Origin: an uncultured Chloroflexia bacterium
Lineage (GTDB): Bacteria > Chloroflexota > Chloroflexia > QHBQ01 > JADMIH01
Assembly (NCBI GenBank): GCA_963797095.1
Contig: CAWCNY010000006.1
Span: forward strand, 64,001-128,000
DNA length: 64,000 nt
Direction: 5' to 3'
The notes below the pieces were generated by a model. That model was not told the DNA's origin and ran no database searches. It worked only from the letters and a program-made list of their open reading frames with translations. Positions 9,885 through 19,496 of the stretch are shown in pieces. Each line of letters begins with the position of its first letter. Position 1 is the first letter of the stretch. Made by a program: the position numbers and the translations under genes.

Positions 9885-10725
9885 CGTCGTCATCCTCCTC
9901 CTCGTCATCCTCCTCCTCGTCATCCTCTCCAAGCCATTCCTGCTCGTCTTCCACAGGGTTTGGCAAGTGTCCTTCCAGTATCTTTGCAATCTCGCCTGCG
10001 TCTACGTCAGGTGCTTTGGCCTCTACCACCCAGCTAAGGTACTCGTCGGGGCCGCCGTTCAAGTAGGGTGGGGGCGATACGGGCATGAATATCGTGGCAA
10101 GCCGCTCGTCCAGCGAGATATAGTTCAGCACGTGCCCTAGCTCCTGCACCACGTGCCAGGCAACCGGCAACTCAATGTCTATGCTGAACTTGGCCCACCA
10201 CTCTTGCTCGTCTTCCTTGCTTGTTTCGACGCCGCTGATGGCGGGTATTCTTTCAAGGAACGACTTTAGCTTCTGTAACCCTCCGTGTGCCCTGTTGGCG
10301 GCGATGCGCGTGCCACCCGGCGGTGGGCTTGCCTGCTTGTCTTCCAAGCCCAGGAAGCTTTCAAACGAGATAGGCCCGCGCTGCTGGTATTCTCGCCAGG
10401 ATGCTATCAGCCCGTCGCGTAGCTCTATCACGGCGACCCCGTGGTTGGCGTAGTCGGATCCGCCCAGGCTGAAAGAGTACTCGCCTACGCCCTTTTGTGT
10501 GGCTTCGTCGAACCAGAGGTTGTGCCATACCATAGTTGTGCCGGGCGTGAGGTCAGCGAAGAACAGGCGTAATTGATTGTGTCCCCGGTAAAGCTGGATG
10601 CCGGGCGGCTCGATGTAGACAGCGTCCTCGGTGAAGTAGGCCAATGCCATGGGCGTGTCGTTGTCGATCCAGACGCGGGCCACCTTCTCCATCAGCCTTA
10701 CGAACTGCTCTTTAGTGAGGCCCAT
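9877..10725 (-). CDS. SnoaL/NTF2-like domain fused to a conserved-looking unknown domain, with an acidic tail
   Basis: N-half 'FTEDAVYIEPP...YRGH...IASWREYQ'; C-half 'WHVVQELGHVLNY...SPPPYLNGGP'; D/E tail. Confidence 0.7.
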   Translation of the reverse strand: MGLTKEQFVRLMEKVARVWIDNDTPMALAYFTEDAVYIEPPGIQLYRGHNQLRLFFADLTPGTTMVWHNLWFDEATQKGVGEYSFSLGGSDYANHGVAVIELRDGLIASWREYQQRGPISFESFLGLEDKQASPPPGGTRIAANRAHGGLQKLKSFLERIPAISGVETSKEDEQEWWAKFSIDIELPVAWHVVQELGHVLNYISLDERLATIFMPVSPPPYLNGGPDEYLSWVVEAKAPDVDAGEIAKILEGHLPNPVEDEQEWLGEDDEEEDDEEEDDDDE

Positions 10726-10774
10726 ATTGTCTCCAACCAAAGTGTGCTAAGTAGAGGCCGAGGCGCACAACTGA

Positions 10775-11173
10775 TCAGCGGTTCGGGCGTTTGTCCTCGA
10801 CGTGTATCACGTTCAACTCGGCGGCGTCCTGGTCTCGCCAACCTCTCCCCGTAAGCCCGATCAGCACTTCGGACAGTTCGGGCGGTTCGGGCGTGCCGAA
10901 TTCGTCGGGAGGTACATACGTCAGAATATCGGAGTGATGGCAGGTGACCACCCAGCCAAGATCGTCCTCCAATTCTATGATGTTGAAGTCAGCCGAAGGT
11001 GTGGCTACCTGCACAGGCCCCCACTCGGCCAGCAGTGCCTTTGCCTGCTCGGCGAGGTCGCCCTCAGGCTGCATGAGGATCACGCAAGTGCCGTGCTCGA
11101 ACAGCACCCACGACTTGGTGTCTCCACGGATGATGCGCCGCCAGATATCTATCGCTTCGTGATCTGCCTCCAT
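10775..11173 (-). CDS. Hypothetical protein
   Basis: Protein-like ORF whose ATG overlaps the fadF stop (TGATG). Confidence 0.7.
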   Translation of the reverse strand: MEADHEAIDIWRRIIRGDTKSWVLFEHGTCVILMQPEGDLAEQAKALLAEWGPVQVATPSADFNIIELEDDLGWVVTCHHSDILTYVPPDEFGTPEPPELSEVLIGLTGRGWRDQDAAELNVIHVEDKRPNR

Positions 11174-13501
11174 CAAGATACCGTGCTTGGTGGCTCCTCC
11201 TTGTCGGGGTCGCCTACGCCTCCGCCCGTTGCAAGAGGGTCGGTGTTGGTTGTAAGGCCGTGGTCAGGCATGGTATCGCCCAATCGTGCGCCCACCGCCT
11301 GCCCATCCCTCCGCATCGAGATCGAGACAAGCTCCGAAATGTCCATTAGCCTGATCTGGTCGCCCGCGTCCTTGCCTTTGATGCCGTCCTCGAACATGGA
11401 TGTGCAGAATGGGCAGGCAGCGGCCAGCGTTGGCGCGCCTGTATCAAGGGCGTCCTGCATGCGGTTCTGGTTCATGCGCTTCCCGGTGTGCTCCTCGATC
11501 CACATGCGCCCGCCACCTGCCCCGCAACATAGAGCGTTGTTGCGTGTACGTCGCATCTCCTTCAACTCTACTCCCGGTATGGCTTCCAGCACCGCCCTAG
11601 GCGCGTCGTACACATCGTTGTAGCGGCCCAGGTAGCAGGGATCGTGGTAGGTGATCGCCTGCTCCACTTTGTTCGCAAGCTGTAGTCTGCCCGATTTGAT
11701 CAGGTAGTCGAGGAACTCGCTGTGGTGTACCACGTCGTAGTTGCCGCCGAACTGTGGGTACTCGTTCTTGATCGTGTTGAAGCAGTGGGGGCACTGGGTG
11801 ACGATCTTGCGCACGCCGTACGTATTCAGCACCTCGATGTTTGCCTGTGCCATTATCTGGAAGAGGTATTCATTACCTGGCCTGCGGGCGGGGTCGCCGC
11901 AGCACGATTCCTCTTTGCCCAATATGGCGAAGCGCACCCCCGCCTCCTTGAATATCCCGGCCAGCGCCTGCGCGATCCTCTGGTTGCGGGCATCGAACGA
12001 CCCCAGGCAGCCGACCCAGTAGAGCACCTCCAGCAACGGAGCATCCGACTTTGGATTGCGGATTGCGGATTGCGGATTGTTTGCTTCTGCTGCTTTCGGT
12101 GATTCTGTATGGAAGAGTGGTTTGCCCTCTTGCTCGGCCTGGGCGTACATGTCGGACAGTGTAGGCACTTCCAGGCCCTCGGCCCAGTCGGCCCTCTGGT
12201 TGGGCGAGAACTCCCACGGGTTGCCCTTTTGCTCCAGGTTGCGGAACAGCCTGTTTAGCTCATTGGGGAAGCGGCTCTCCTGCATCACAAGATAGCGCCT
12301 CATGTCGGTGATCTTCGGCACGTGCTCTATGAAGACCGGGCACGCCTCCATGCAGGCCCGGCAAGTGGTGCAGGACCAGAGCGTTTCCTCCATGACCCAG
12401 CCGCCCACCAATGGTATCTCCTCATGCCCATCTTCGGCAACGGCTATAGCGGTGGCGGCTCCATCTTTTGCTCCAAAGGGTAATTGACCAGCCGCCAGCA
12501 TCTGAAGCGGCCCCATTCCTCCCTGCTTCTTCATCTCACGTGTGGCGCTCTCTAGAAAGTATTCCTGGATGTCGAGCACCAGCTTCTTGGGCGATAGGGG
12601 CTTGTCGGTCTGCCAGGCTGGGCAGGCGTCCTGGCATCTGCCGCACTCGGTACAGGTGTAGGTGTCCATTAGATCCTTCCACCCGAAGTCGGTGAGCGAT
12701 GCCGCCCCCAGTGTCTGCTCGTTCTCGATACGTTCCTCGATATCGGTGATCGGCTCCATCGCGCCTTTTGGCGTCAGGTCGTAGAAGAAGACGTTGAGCG
12801 GTGCGGTGAATATATGCAGGTGCTTCGAGTAGACCACGTACACCAGGAACCAGAGCACGATCCCCAGGTGGATGAAGTAGGCTACCCCTTGAATGACCAT
12901 CTGCGTGTCGAGGGAAAGGCCAGCAAATATCTTGCCCACCAGTATGGAGAAGGGCCGCCACTCGGCAGGCTCGTTGCCCACATTGATCCTTATGCCTTGA
13001 AGCACCCACGCCGATAGCATCAGCACTGTGATGCCGCCCAGGATCAGGTAGGCCGCCGACAGAATCGGTAAATCGCTCAGGCTTGGTGACCAGCCTGCGC
13101 CAGAAGAAGCTTGCCATGGCCACCAGCACTAACGCCTGAATCACGTCTACAAAGAGGAACCAGCCGGGGTTGTCGTTGAAGAAAGGCACCTCCAGGCCGG
13201 GAAATAGCCCTTGCGCGAACAGCACAAGGGTGGTGATCTGGATCACGAGGAAGCCGTAGAAGGTGAAGAAGTGCGCCAGACCCGATAGCGTGTAAGCCCT
13301 GCGGCTGTACATCCTGAACTGACCGATCACGAAGGTCAGGAAGAGCCTGATGCGCTGCCCCCACTGGCCGAATCGTTTGCTGTCGGTGCCCAGGCGCGTC
13401 CATTGCACAAGCTGGTTTATGCGGTAAAGGAACCAGCCGACGGACACGACCATCATCAAGATAAGGAGAACACGCCAGTACCACTCCGTTGTAGGGACCA
13501 T
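11173..13501 (-). pseudogene. fadF: FadF/DUF224-type membrane Fe-S oxidoreductase (putative ETF:quinone oxidoreductase), split by a single frameshift near 13055-13065
   Basis: N-terminal TM part in ORF 12536..13588 (to KPERFTDS) continues in another frame (AYLILGGITVLMLSAW) into ORF 11173..13026, which has CTECGRC/CTTCRAC ferredoxin motifs and two CCG domains; may be a sequencing error. Confidence 0.8.
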
Positions 13502-13631
13502 GATTCTCGCTCCTATGGACGAAAGATGAAGGACAAATAGGGGTGTTTCAGTTGGCTTGATCTTATAACATAGATCGGTAAAGCACAAGCAGTAGGGTAG
13601 CTATAGAGAGGGCGCTCAATTCGTGGGGCTT

Positions 13632-14000
13632 TCACCGCACCGGTGGTTTCGGCAGTTCCGCGTATTGGGCTGTGAGATGAACCGCTGCTGCGTTGAGCAC
13701 CGATACAACGGCGAAGGCGATGGCGATTACAGGTTGGCCCGCAGCCACCAGCGCCACCGTTGCAAGCCCGAAGATGATCGTTTCGAGCACAATGTAAGCA
13801 GCCCCCGATGTGCGTCTAGCCGAGCTTGGTGCCATAAAGATGCCCCAGAAGACCCCCGCCAGTAAGGGCGCACCAAGTCCCAGGATTACATTCAGCCATG
13901 TGCTATTGGTTGCCTGGAAGCCCCAGAAACCAAGCGCCACCAGCACCGCTACCTCCAGCAGGAACCGCAACGCCAGGTTTGCCAGGGCGAACACTTTCAT
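13632..14000 (-). CDS. YrdB/DUF2568 family membrane protein
   Basis: 'ANLALRFLLE...WG...LGAPL...WGIFMAP' signature. Confidence 0.85.
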   Translation of the reverse strand: MKVFALANLALRFLLEVAVLVALGFWGFQATNSTWLNVILGLGAPLLAGVFWGIFMAPSSARRTSGAAYIVLETIIFGLATVALVAAGQPVIAIAFAVVSVLNAAAVHLTAQYAELPKPPVR

Positions 14001-14014
14001 ATGACCCTCCCGCT

Positions 14015-14050
14015 AAAAGCAAAGGCCCGCCGGGTTGGCAGGCTCTTTGC
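14015..14050 (-). terminator. Rho-independent terminator
   Basis: GCAAAG..GCC/GGC..CTTTGC hairpin followed by TTTT on the minus strand. Confidence 0.6.
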
Positions 14051-14083
14051 ACCGGACTTCTTGGACTGAGAACATCGTCTACC

Positions 14084-14632
14084 CTAGAGCACCGTAATCT
14101 CGGCATCCTCGTCGATATCCGCACCCATCGGCACGTCGAGAAAGGCGCGCACGCGCCACTCATGCTTGGCGTCGGTGCCCTCATAGGTAGGCTGCACGGT
14201 GGCCGGGATCGGGATCGATGCGTTGTACTGCTTGCTCTCCCCCTGCTGCATGTTCACGGGCGATGCATCCACCACCACCGCGTTGTGGTACGTCTGGTTG
14301 GTCTTGGTACGGTCTTCCATTGTGGTTGTAACAGTTGGCGCTGGAGCGGGTGTTGTGCTGGTTGGGGTCGTGGTCGTGGTTGAAGTGGTAGTGCCGGCGG
14401 GCGTAGGTGCGGGGGTGCTGTTTTGCACGGGCACCTGATACTTGATCGTTTCCAACCCGGCCACTTCCAGGTTGATGCTTTTGCCGCTCAACTGGCTTGT
14501 GCAATTGAGCGTGATCTGCACGTTCAGGTTCTCACCGCGCTTTGCCTGCGGGTTTTGCACCTGCAACTGAATATTGCCGCCGCCGCCGGTCAATTGCGTG
14601 AAACCCTGCTTAATTTTGTTCCAAAAGCCCAT
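14084..14632 (-). CDS. SpoOM-like (arrestin-fold) protein with a Thr/Pro-rich insert
   Basis: 'MGFWNKIK...GGG' N-terminus, beta-rich pattern, C-terminal 'WRVRAFLDVPMGAD'. Confidence 0.6.
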   Translation of the reverse strand: MGFWNKIKQGFTQLTGGGGNIQLQVQNPQAKRGENLNVQITLNCTSQLSGKSINLEVAGLETIKYQVPVQNSTPAPTPAGTTTSTTTTTPTSTTPAPAPTVTTTMEDRTKTNQTYHNAVVVDASPVNMQQGESKQYNASIPIPATVQPTYEGTDAKHEWRVRAFLDVPMGADIDEDAEITVL

Positions 14633-14656
14633 TACAAGAGATCCTTTCTATTATGG

Positions 14657-15646
14657 CTACATGCCTTTGCGCTTCTTTAATTCTTCGATAAGGGGAGGCA
14701 CGACCTGGTGCAAATCCCCTACGACGCCGAAGTCGCAGAACTGGAATATGGGAGCATTCGGGTCCTTATTGATCGCGATCACGGTGCCCGAAGTCTGCAT
14801 ACCTACTTTGTGCTGTATCTCGCCTGAGATACCGACCGCGATGTAGAGCTTGGGGCGCACGGTCTTGCCCGTCTGGCCGATCTGGTATGCATACGGGATC
14901 CAGCCCATATCCACCACTGCACGCGTCGCGCCTACCGCGCCGCCGAGCACCTCGGCTAGCTCGTTTACCAGGCTGAACTTCTCGGCGCTGCCGAGACCGC
15001 GCCCACCCGACACGATCACCTGCGCGCCCGCGAGGTCGGGCATGCCGCCCTTCTCGGCCACGCTCTCAACTACGGTTTGGCCGGGTGTCGCAGCGGCGGG
15101 CACATTCACCTGCTGCACATTGGCCGAGCCTTCTCCGTGCTGCGCCGTGCCCGCGCCCGGCCTCACCAGCAGCAAACCTGTCTGCTCGCCCTCGCGCGTG
15201 AAGGTGCTCATCACCCTGAGAGCGCCATTGAACGCCGGGTTCACAGCCACAGCTTTGCCCTGGTCTACGCTCAACTCGATCACATCGGCCAACACGCCCA
15301 GCCCCAGCTTCCCGCAAATTCGCCCCGCCCAGTCCTTGCCGAGTGGTGTGGACGGCACTAGCACTAATCGCGGATTGTGCTGCTCGATAAGTGAGGAGAT
15401 CACAGCCGAAGCCGGACCTACGATGTCCTGCTTACAAGCAGGGTCGTCGCAATAGAACACGTTGGCAAGGCTATACTGGCCTATTGTGTCAGCGGCCTCG
15501 CGGGGACCGATAACGATAGCCCCACCCTGCCCTGCATATTGTCCTGCAATCTGAGCAGCCAGTCCGGCTAACTCAAGCCCTAGTTTCTTAGGTTTCCCGC
15601 TGTCATCCGTCTCAACAACAGTCCAAACGTCATTGTTTGTTGTCAT
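14657..15646 (-). CDS. etfA: Electron transfer flavoprotein alpha subunit
   Basis: 'VSGGRG', '[21 protein letters not shown]', '[11 protein letters not shown]'. Confidence 0.96.
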   Translation of the reverse strand: MTTNNDVWTVVETDDSGKPKKLGLELAGLAAQIAGQYAGQGGAIVIGPREAADTIGQYSLANVFYCDDPACKQDIVGPASAVISSLIEQHNPRLVLVPSTPLGKDWAGRICGKLGLGVLADVIELSVDQGKAVAVNPAFNGALRVMSTFTREGEQTGLLLVRPGAGTAQHGEGSANVQQVNVPAAATPGQTVVESVAEKGGMPDLAGAQVIVSGGRGLGSAEKFSLVNELAEVLGGAVGATRAVVDMGWIPYAYQIGQTGKTVRPKLYIAVGISGEIQHKVGMQTSGTVIAINKDPNAPIFQFCDFGVVGDLHQVVPPLIEELKKRKGM

Positions 15647-15725
15647 AGTAACCTCCGGTTGTTAGTCGTCGGTCGCCAGTTGTCAGAACGTCTATCACCA
15701 ACAACTGATAACTAACAACTGACAA

Positions 15726-16514
15726 CTAAATCAGCTTCTTACTCTCAAGGAAATCGGCAACTGCCGCCGCCGCCGCCGCCGGGTCATCGGCCTTGATGAT
15801 CTGGCGGGCACGCGCCGATTGAGGACGCTCCGAACCTACCACTGCCGTGCCTGCACCGCCCAAGCCTACCTCGCCTGACGCGACACCCAGGTCGCCCAGG
15901 CCTATCGTTGCGATTTCTTTCTTCTTGGCTTTCATTATCCCAGGTAGCGACGGGTAGCGCGGTTCGTGCGCTGTCTGCGTCACCGAGGCGATTGCGGGCA
16001 GCGATGCTTCAACCCAATCGTATCCCATGTCGCTCCCGCGCTTGCCCCGCACCTTACCCCCGCTAACTTCGATCTCGTTGATCCAGGTCACAGCGGGTAA
16101 GGCAAGTAGTTCGGCCACGATGTTGTATATCACTCCGCCGCCTGCGTCAGTGCTCTGCGAGCCGAACATGATCAAGTCGAACGGTATCTTCCTCAGTGTT
16201 TCGGCCAGCACCCTTGCGGTTGCGAAATAGTCTGATCCATGCAACGCCGGGTCCGTAACCAACACTGCTCGGTCGGCTCCCATCGCCAACCCTTTTCTGA
16301 TCGTCTCGGTGCTGGATTCCGGCCCCATGCATAATAGCACGATTTCGCCTGATGCCGCTCCGTTCTCACGCAGACGTAGCGCCTCCTCAATAGCATATTC
16401 GTCCCAGGGGTTGATCACCGCAGGCACCGCTGAACGGTCGAGCGTTCCGTCGGGCAAAAGCCGCTTGTCGGCGGTAGTGTCCGGCACCGATTTCATGCAA
16501 ACTACAATGTTCAT
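15726..16514 (-). CDS. etfB: Electron transfer flavoprotein beta subunit
   Basis: 'IVVCMKSVPD', 'NPWDEYAIEEAL', 'AMGADRA', 'EPRYPSLPGIMKAKKK'. Confidence 0.96.
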   Translation of the reverse strand: MNIVVCMKSVPDTTADKRLLPDGTLDRSAVPAVINPWDEYAIEEALRLRENGAASGEIVLLCMGPESSTETIRKGLAMGADRAVLVTDPALHGSDYFATARVLAETLRKIPFDLIMFGSQSTDAGGGVIYNIVAELLALPAVTWINEIEVSGGKVRGKRGSDMGYDWVEASLPAIASVTQTAHEPRYPSLPGIMKAKKKEIATIGLGDLGVASGEVGLGGAGTAVVGSERPQSARARQIIKADDPAAAAAAVADFLESKKLI

Positions 16515-16566
16515 AAACGGACATCTCCTAGCGGGCAAATTATGCCCAATTGTATCCTGGCATATC

Positions 16567-16584
16567 CGGTGAATGTTATCACAA
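16567..16584 (-). promoter_or_regulatory. Candidate Rex (or CRP/FNR-type) operator over the etfBA -35 region
   Basis: Minus strand TTGTGATAACATTCACCG versus Rex TTGTGAANNNNTTCACAA; TACAAT -10 at 16549-16554. Confidence 0.5.
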
Positions 16585-16720
16585 AATGACCTTGCCCTTC
16601 AACCTTCCAACAGTCCACGTGTAGGTGCTTCATTGCCGAGATATTGAGGTCCGGTACTTCGACGGAGAGGTAACGCACACCTCAATACTCCGAATAAACG
16701 CTGCGCGCTCCACAAGAGCC

Positions 16721-16748
16721 TTGACACTGTTATCAGTCGGTATATAAT
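16721..16748 (+). promoter_or_regulatory. Consensus sigma70 promoter of the sugar ABC operon
   Basis: TTGACA-N16-TATAAT. Confidence 0.75.
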
Positions 16749-17025
16749 GAATTGGCCGCCAAGGCAGTTGGCCTATTTTCTACTAGCCAGTCTCATTTCT
16801 GCGGTTGTCTGGTGCGCGTAGATCGGTATTCGTGGTCTGTATACGCATCTGAACTTAAGCGGCTTGGTCCCCAAGGAGGTGGTCAATCAACAAGTACCTT
16901 CATATTTCACGAAGTGCATTCGCCTACCTATGCCCTGGCACAGATCCGAATAGATAGCGGTGCAGTGAACACATTTTGTGCCGTGACACAACAACCAGAG
17001 GGCTGACAATCAAAGGAGGAAAACC

Positions 17026-18417
17026 ATGTTTAGAATGAAATCGCGCATGACCTGGCTTGCCGGATTAGTGCTTGTAATAGTGCCTCTGCTGTCGGCGTGC
17101 GGCGAGGAAGCTACGCCTACCGCTGCTCCGGCTGCTACAGCTACCGCAGGCACGGGCAGCACAGGCGTTAGCCAGGCTGCTCTCGATTCTCTTGCTGCTG
17201 AAGGGATCAAGCCAGATCCAAGTGCCTCCGGCAACTTCGAGTTCTTTAGCTGGTGGACCGCGGGCGGCGAGGCCGAAGGCAAGAACGATCTGCTCAATCT
17301 CTACAAGGCGCTCTATCCCAATGTAAACGTGATCGATGCCGCTGTAGCAGGCGGTGGTGGTGATGTAGCTAAGGGCGTGCTCAAGAACAGGATGCAAGGC
17401 AACGATCCACCGGATGCCTTCCAGGTACACGGCGGCCCTGAGCTTATTGATGGCTACGTCAAGGCGGGCCAGATGGACCCCATCACCAGCCTCTACACCG
17501 ATATGAACATCAAGAGCTCATTCCCACAGCAATTGCTCGATATGGTCAGCTCAGGCGGCGAGATCTATTCCGTGCCATCGAACGTGCACCGTGGCAACGT
17601 CCTGTTCTACAACAAGAAGGTCTTCTCTGATAACGGTCTGACGGCCCCCACTACATGGGATGAGTTCTGGACCGTCGCTGATGCCCTCAAGGCCAAGGGT
17701 GTAGCACCCCTGGCAGTTGGCGGCAAGGATACCTGGTCTGTCACCATGGTCTTTGAGGACATTCTGCTGGCTACCGGTGGCGCCGATAAGTTCAACTCGC
17801 TCATGGCCGGTAACACCGATTGGACCGACGCCAGCGTTGTCAGTTCTCTCGATGCTCTTGGGAAGATCTGGACCAGCGGCTACGTCAATACCGACTTCTC
17901 TGCTCGCACCTGGGACGAGGCGGCCGGTGAAGTGCTCAAGGGTGATGCCGCCATGACCATCATGGGTGACTGGGCCAAGGGCTACTTCCAGGCCAACGAC
18001 CCCAACTGGGCCGACAACTTTGGCTGGGAGCCTTCTCCTGGCACAACCGGTATATTCAAGGTCATCACCGACACCTTCGGCATGCCCAAAGGTGCCAAGG
18101 ACCCCGACAACACCAAGCGCTTCCTTGATCTGCTTGCTTCCAAGACAGGCCAGGTCACATTCAACTTGCGCAAGGGATCCATCCCTGCTCGCACCGATGT
18201 GGACACCAGCCAGTTCGACGTTTATATGAAGGACGCCAACAAGGACTTCTCAGAAGCCAAGTCTCTAGTAGGCAGTGCACCCCATGGGTCTGCTACTTCG
18301 GATGCTTTTGCTAGTGCTTTGACTACAGCCATCAATACCTTTATCGCGGATCCGAAGGACTCTGCGGGCACAGCCCAGGCGATCCAGACGCAGGCCGCGG
18401 ACCTGATAACCAAGTAG
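17026..18417 (+). CDS. Sugar (glucose/mannose-type) ABC transporter substrate-binding lipoprotein
   Basis: Lipobox LSAC; 'SWWTAGGE', 'PPDAFQVHGG', 'NVHRGN', 'MGDWAKG', 'KGSIPARTD'; AAAGGAGG RBS. Confidence 0.92.
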   Translation: MFRMKSRMTWLAGLVLVIVPLLSACGEEATPTAAPAATATAGTGSTGVSQAALDSLAAEGIKPDPSASGNFEFFSWWTAGGEAEGKNDLLNLYKALYPNVNVIDAAVAGGGGDVAKGVLKNRMQGNDPPDAFQVHGGPELIDGYVKAGQMDPITSLYTDMNIKSSFPQQLLDMVSSGGEIYSVPSNVHRGNVLFYNKKVFSDNGLTAPTTWDEFWTVADALKAKGVAPLAVGGKDTWSVTMVFEDILLATGGADKFNSLMAGNTDWTDASVVSSLDALGKIWTSGYVNTDFSARTWDEAAGEVLKGDAAMTIMGDWAKGYFQANDPNWADNFGWEPSPGTTGIFKVITDTFGMPKGAKDPDNTKRFLDLLASKTGQVTFNLRKGSIPARTDVDTSQFDVYMKDANKDFSEAKSLVGSAPHGSATSDAFASALTTAINTFIADPKDSAGTAQAIQTQAADLITK

Positions 18418-18456
18418 CATAATGCCGTAACGCCCACGCGGGCATTTCGGTCACCA

Positions 18457-18501
18457 GGGAGGGCGCTGCTCGGCATGAGTCCGGCCAGCGCCCTTCTTCC
18501 C
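18457..18501 (+). terminator. Intergenic GC-rich hairpin after the binding-protein gene (attenuator or stabiliser)
   Basis: GGGAGGGCGCTG...CAGCGCCCTTCTTCCC. Confidence 0.5.
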
Positions 18502-18557
18502 ACCGCTTATCACCGTCATCGTTATTTTGTCTAGTGCACCGACCTTCGGAGGCGCGC

Positions 18558-19496
18558 ATGGTAACACCCCAAACCCCAGCGACCGCTGTAGGCACATCCC
18601 CTCCTGTCTCGGTAGCAGTTCCTGCCGGTCGCAAAAAACTCAGCCGCGACCGCCTGACTGCCATCCTTATGCTGCTCCCGTCAATCCTGGCGATTGCCCT
18701 CTTCGTCTATGGCTTCATCGCGTGGAATGTGTGGGCGTCCCTTACCGATTGGCGAAGCCTGGGGCAGCTAACGTCGATAGGCCCGCTTCGCTTTACTACT
18801 GCCGACTTTATCGGCGTCGAAAACTATCAGCGACTTTTCGAAACTCCCCGCTTCATTACAGACATTCGTAATAACGCCATCTTTACGGTTGCATTCCTGG
18901 CGGCCTGCGTTATTCTCGGCATCGCTCTGGCGATCCTCATTGATCAGCACATCAAAGCCGAGGGGTTTTTCCGTAACGTCTTCCTCTATCCGATGGCTCT
19001 CTCCTTCGTGGTTACAGGCACGATCTGGCGGTGGATCTTTCTCCAGCTCGGCTGGGTTACCAACAAGGAGCTTGCCCTGCCTGCTCTCATCATCGCGGCC
19101 ACCTGGCAGATGTCGGGCTTCACTATGGCTATGTTCCTGGCCGCCATACGCGGCATCCCCGACGACCTACGCGAAGCTGCTCGCGTAGATGGCGCGTCCG
19201 AAGTTGGTGTCTATCGCTATGTGATCCTCCCCCTGATCAATCCGATCATTCTCTCGGCCCTTATCATTGTTGGGCACATATCTCTCAAGATTTTCGACCT
19301 GGTGTTTGTTATGACGGGCGGCAGTCCTACTCTGGGCTATGCCACCGACATGCCTTCTGTTTACCTATTCCAGCTTGGGTTCAACGATAACCTGTTTGGC
19401 AGGGCGGCTGCTATTGCTGTGATCATGCTTCTGTTCGTGGCTATAGTGATCGTCCCCTACCTGTGGACGAACCTGAGATCGGAGGCCGAAACATGA
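18558..19496 (+). CDS. Sugar ABC transporter permease
   Basis: EAA motif 'LREAARVDGA'; multiple TMs. Confidence 0.93.
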   Translation: MVTPQTPATAVGTSPPVSVAVPAGRKKLSRDRLTAILMLLPSILAIALFVYGFIAWNVWASLTDWRSLGQLTSIGPLRFTTADFIGVENYQRLFETPRFITDIRNNAIFTVAFLAACVILGIALAILIDQHIKAEGFFRNVFLYPMALSFVVTGTIWRWIFLQLGWVTNKELALPALIIAATWQMSGFTMAMFLAAIRGIPDDLREAARVDGASEVGVYRYVILPLINPIILSALIIVGHISLKIFDLVFVMTGGSPTLGYATDMPSVYLFQLGFNDNLFGRAAAIAVIMLLFVAIVIVPYLWTNLRSEAET

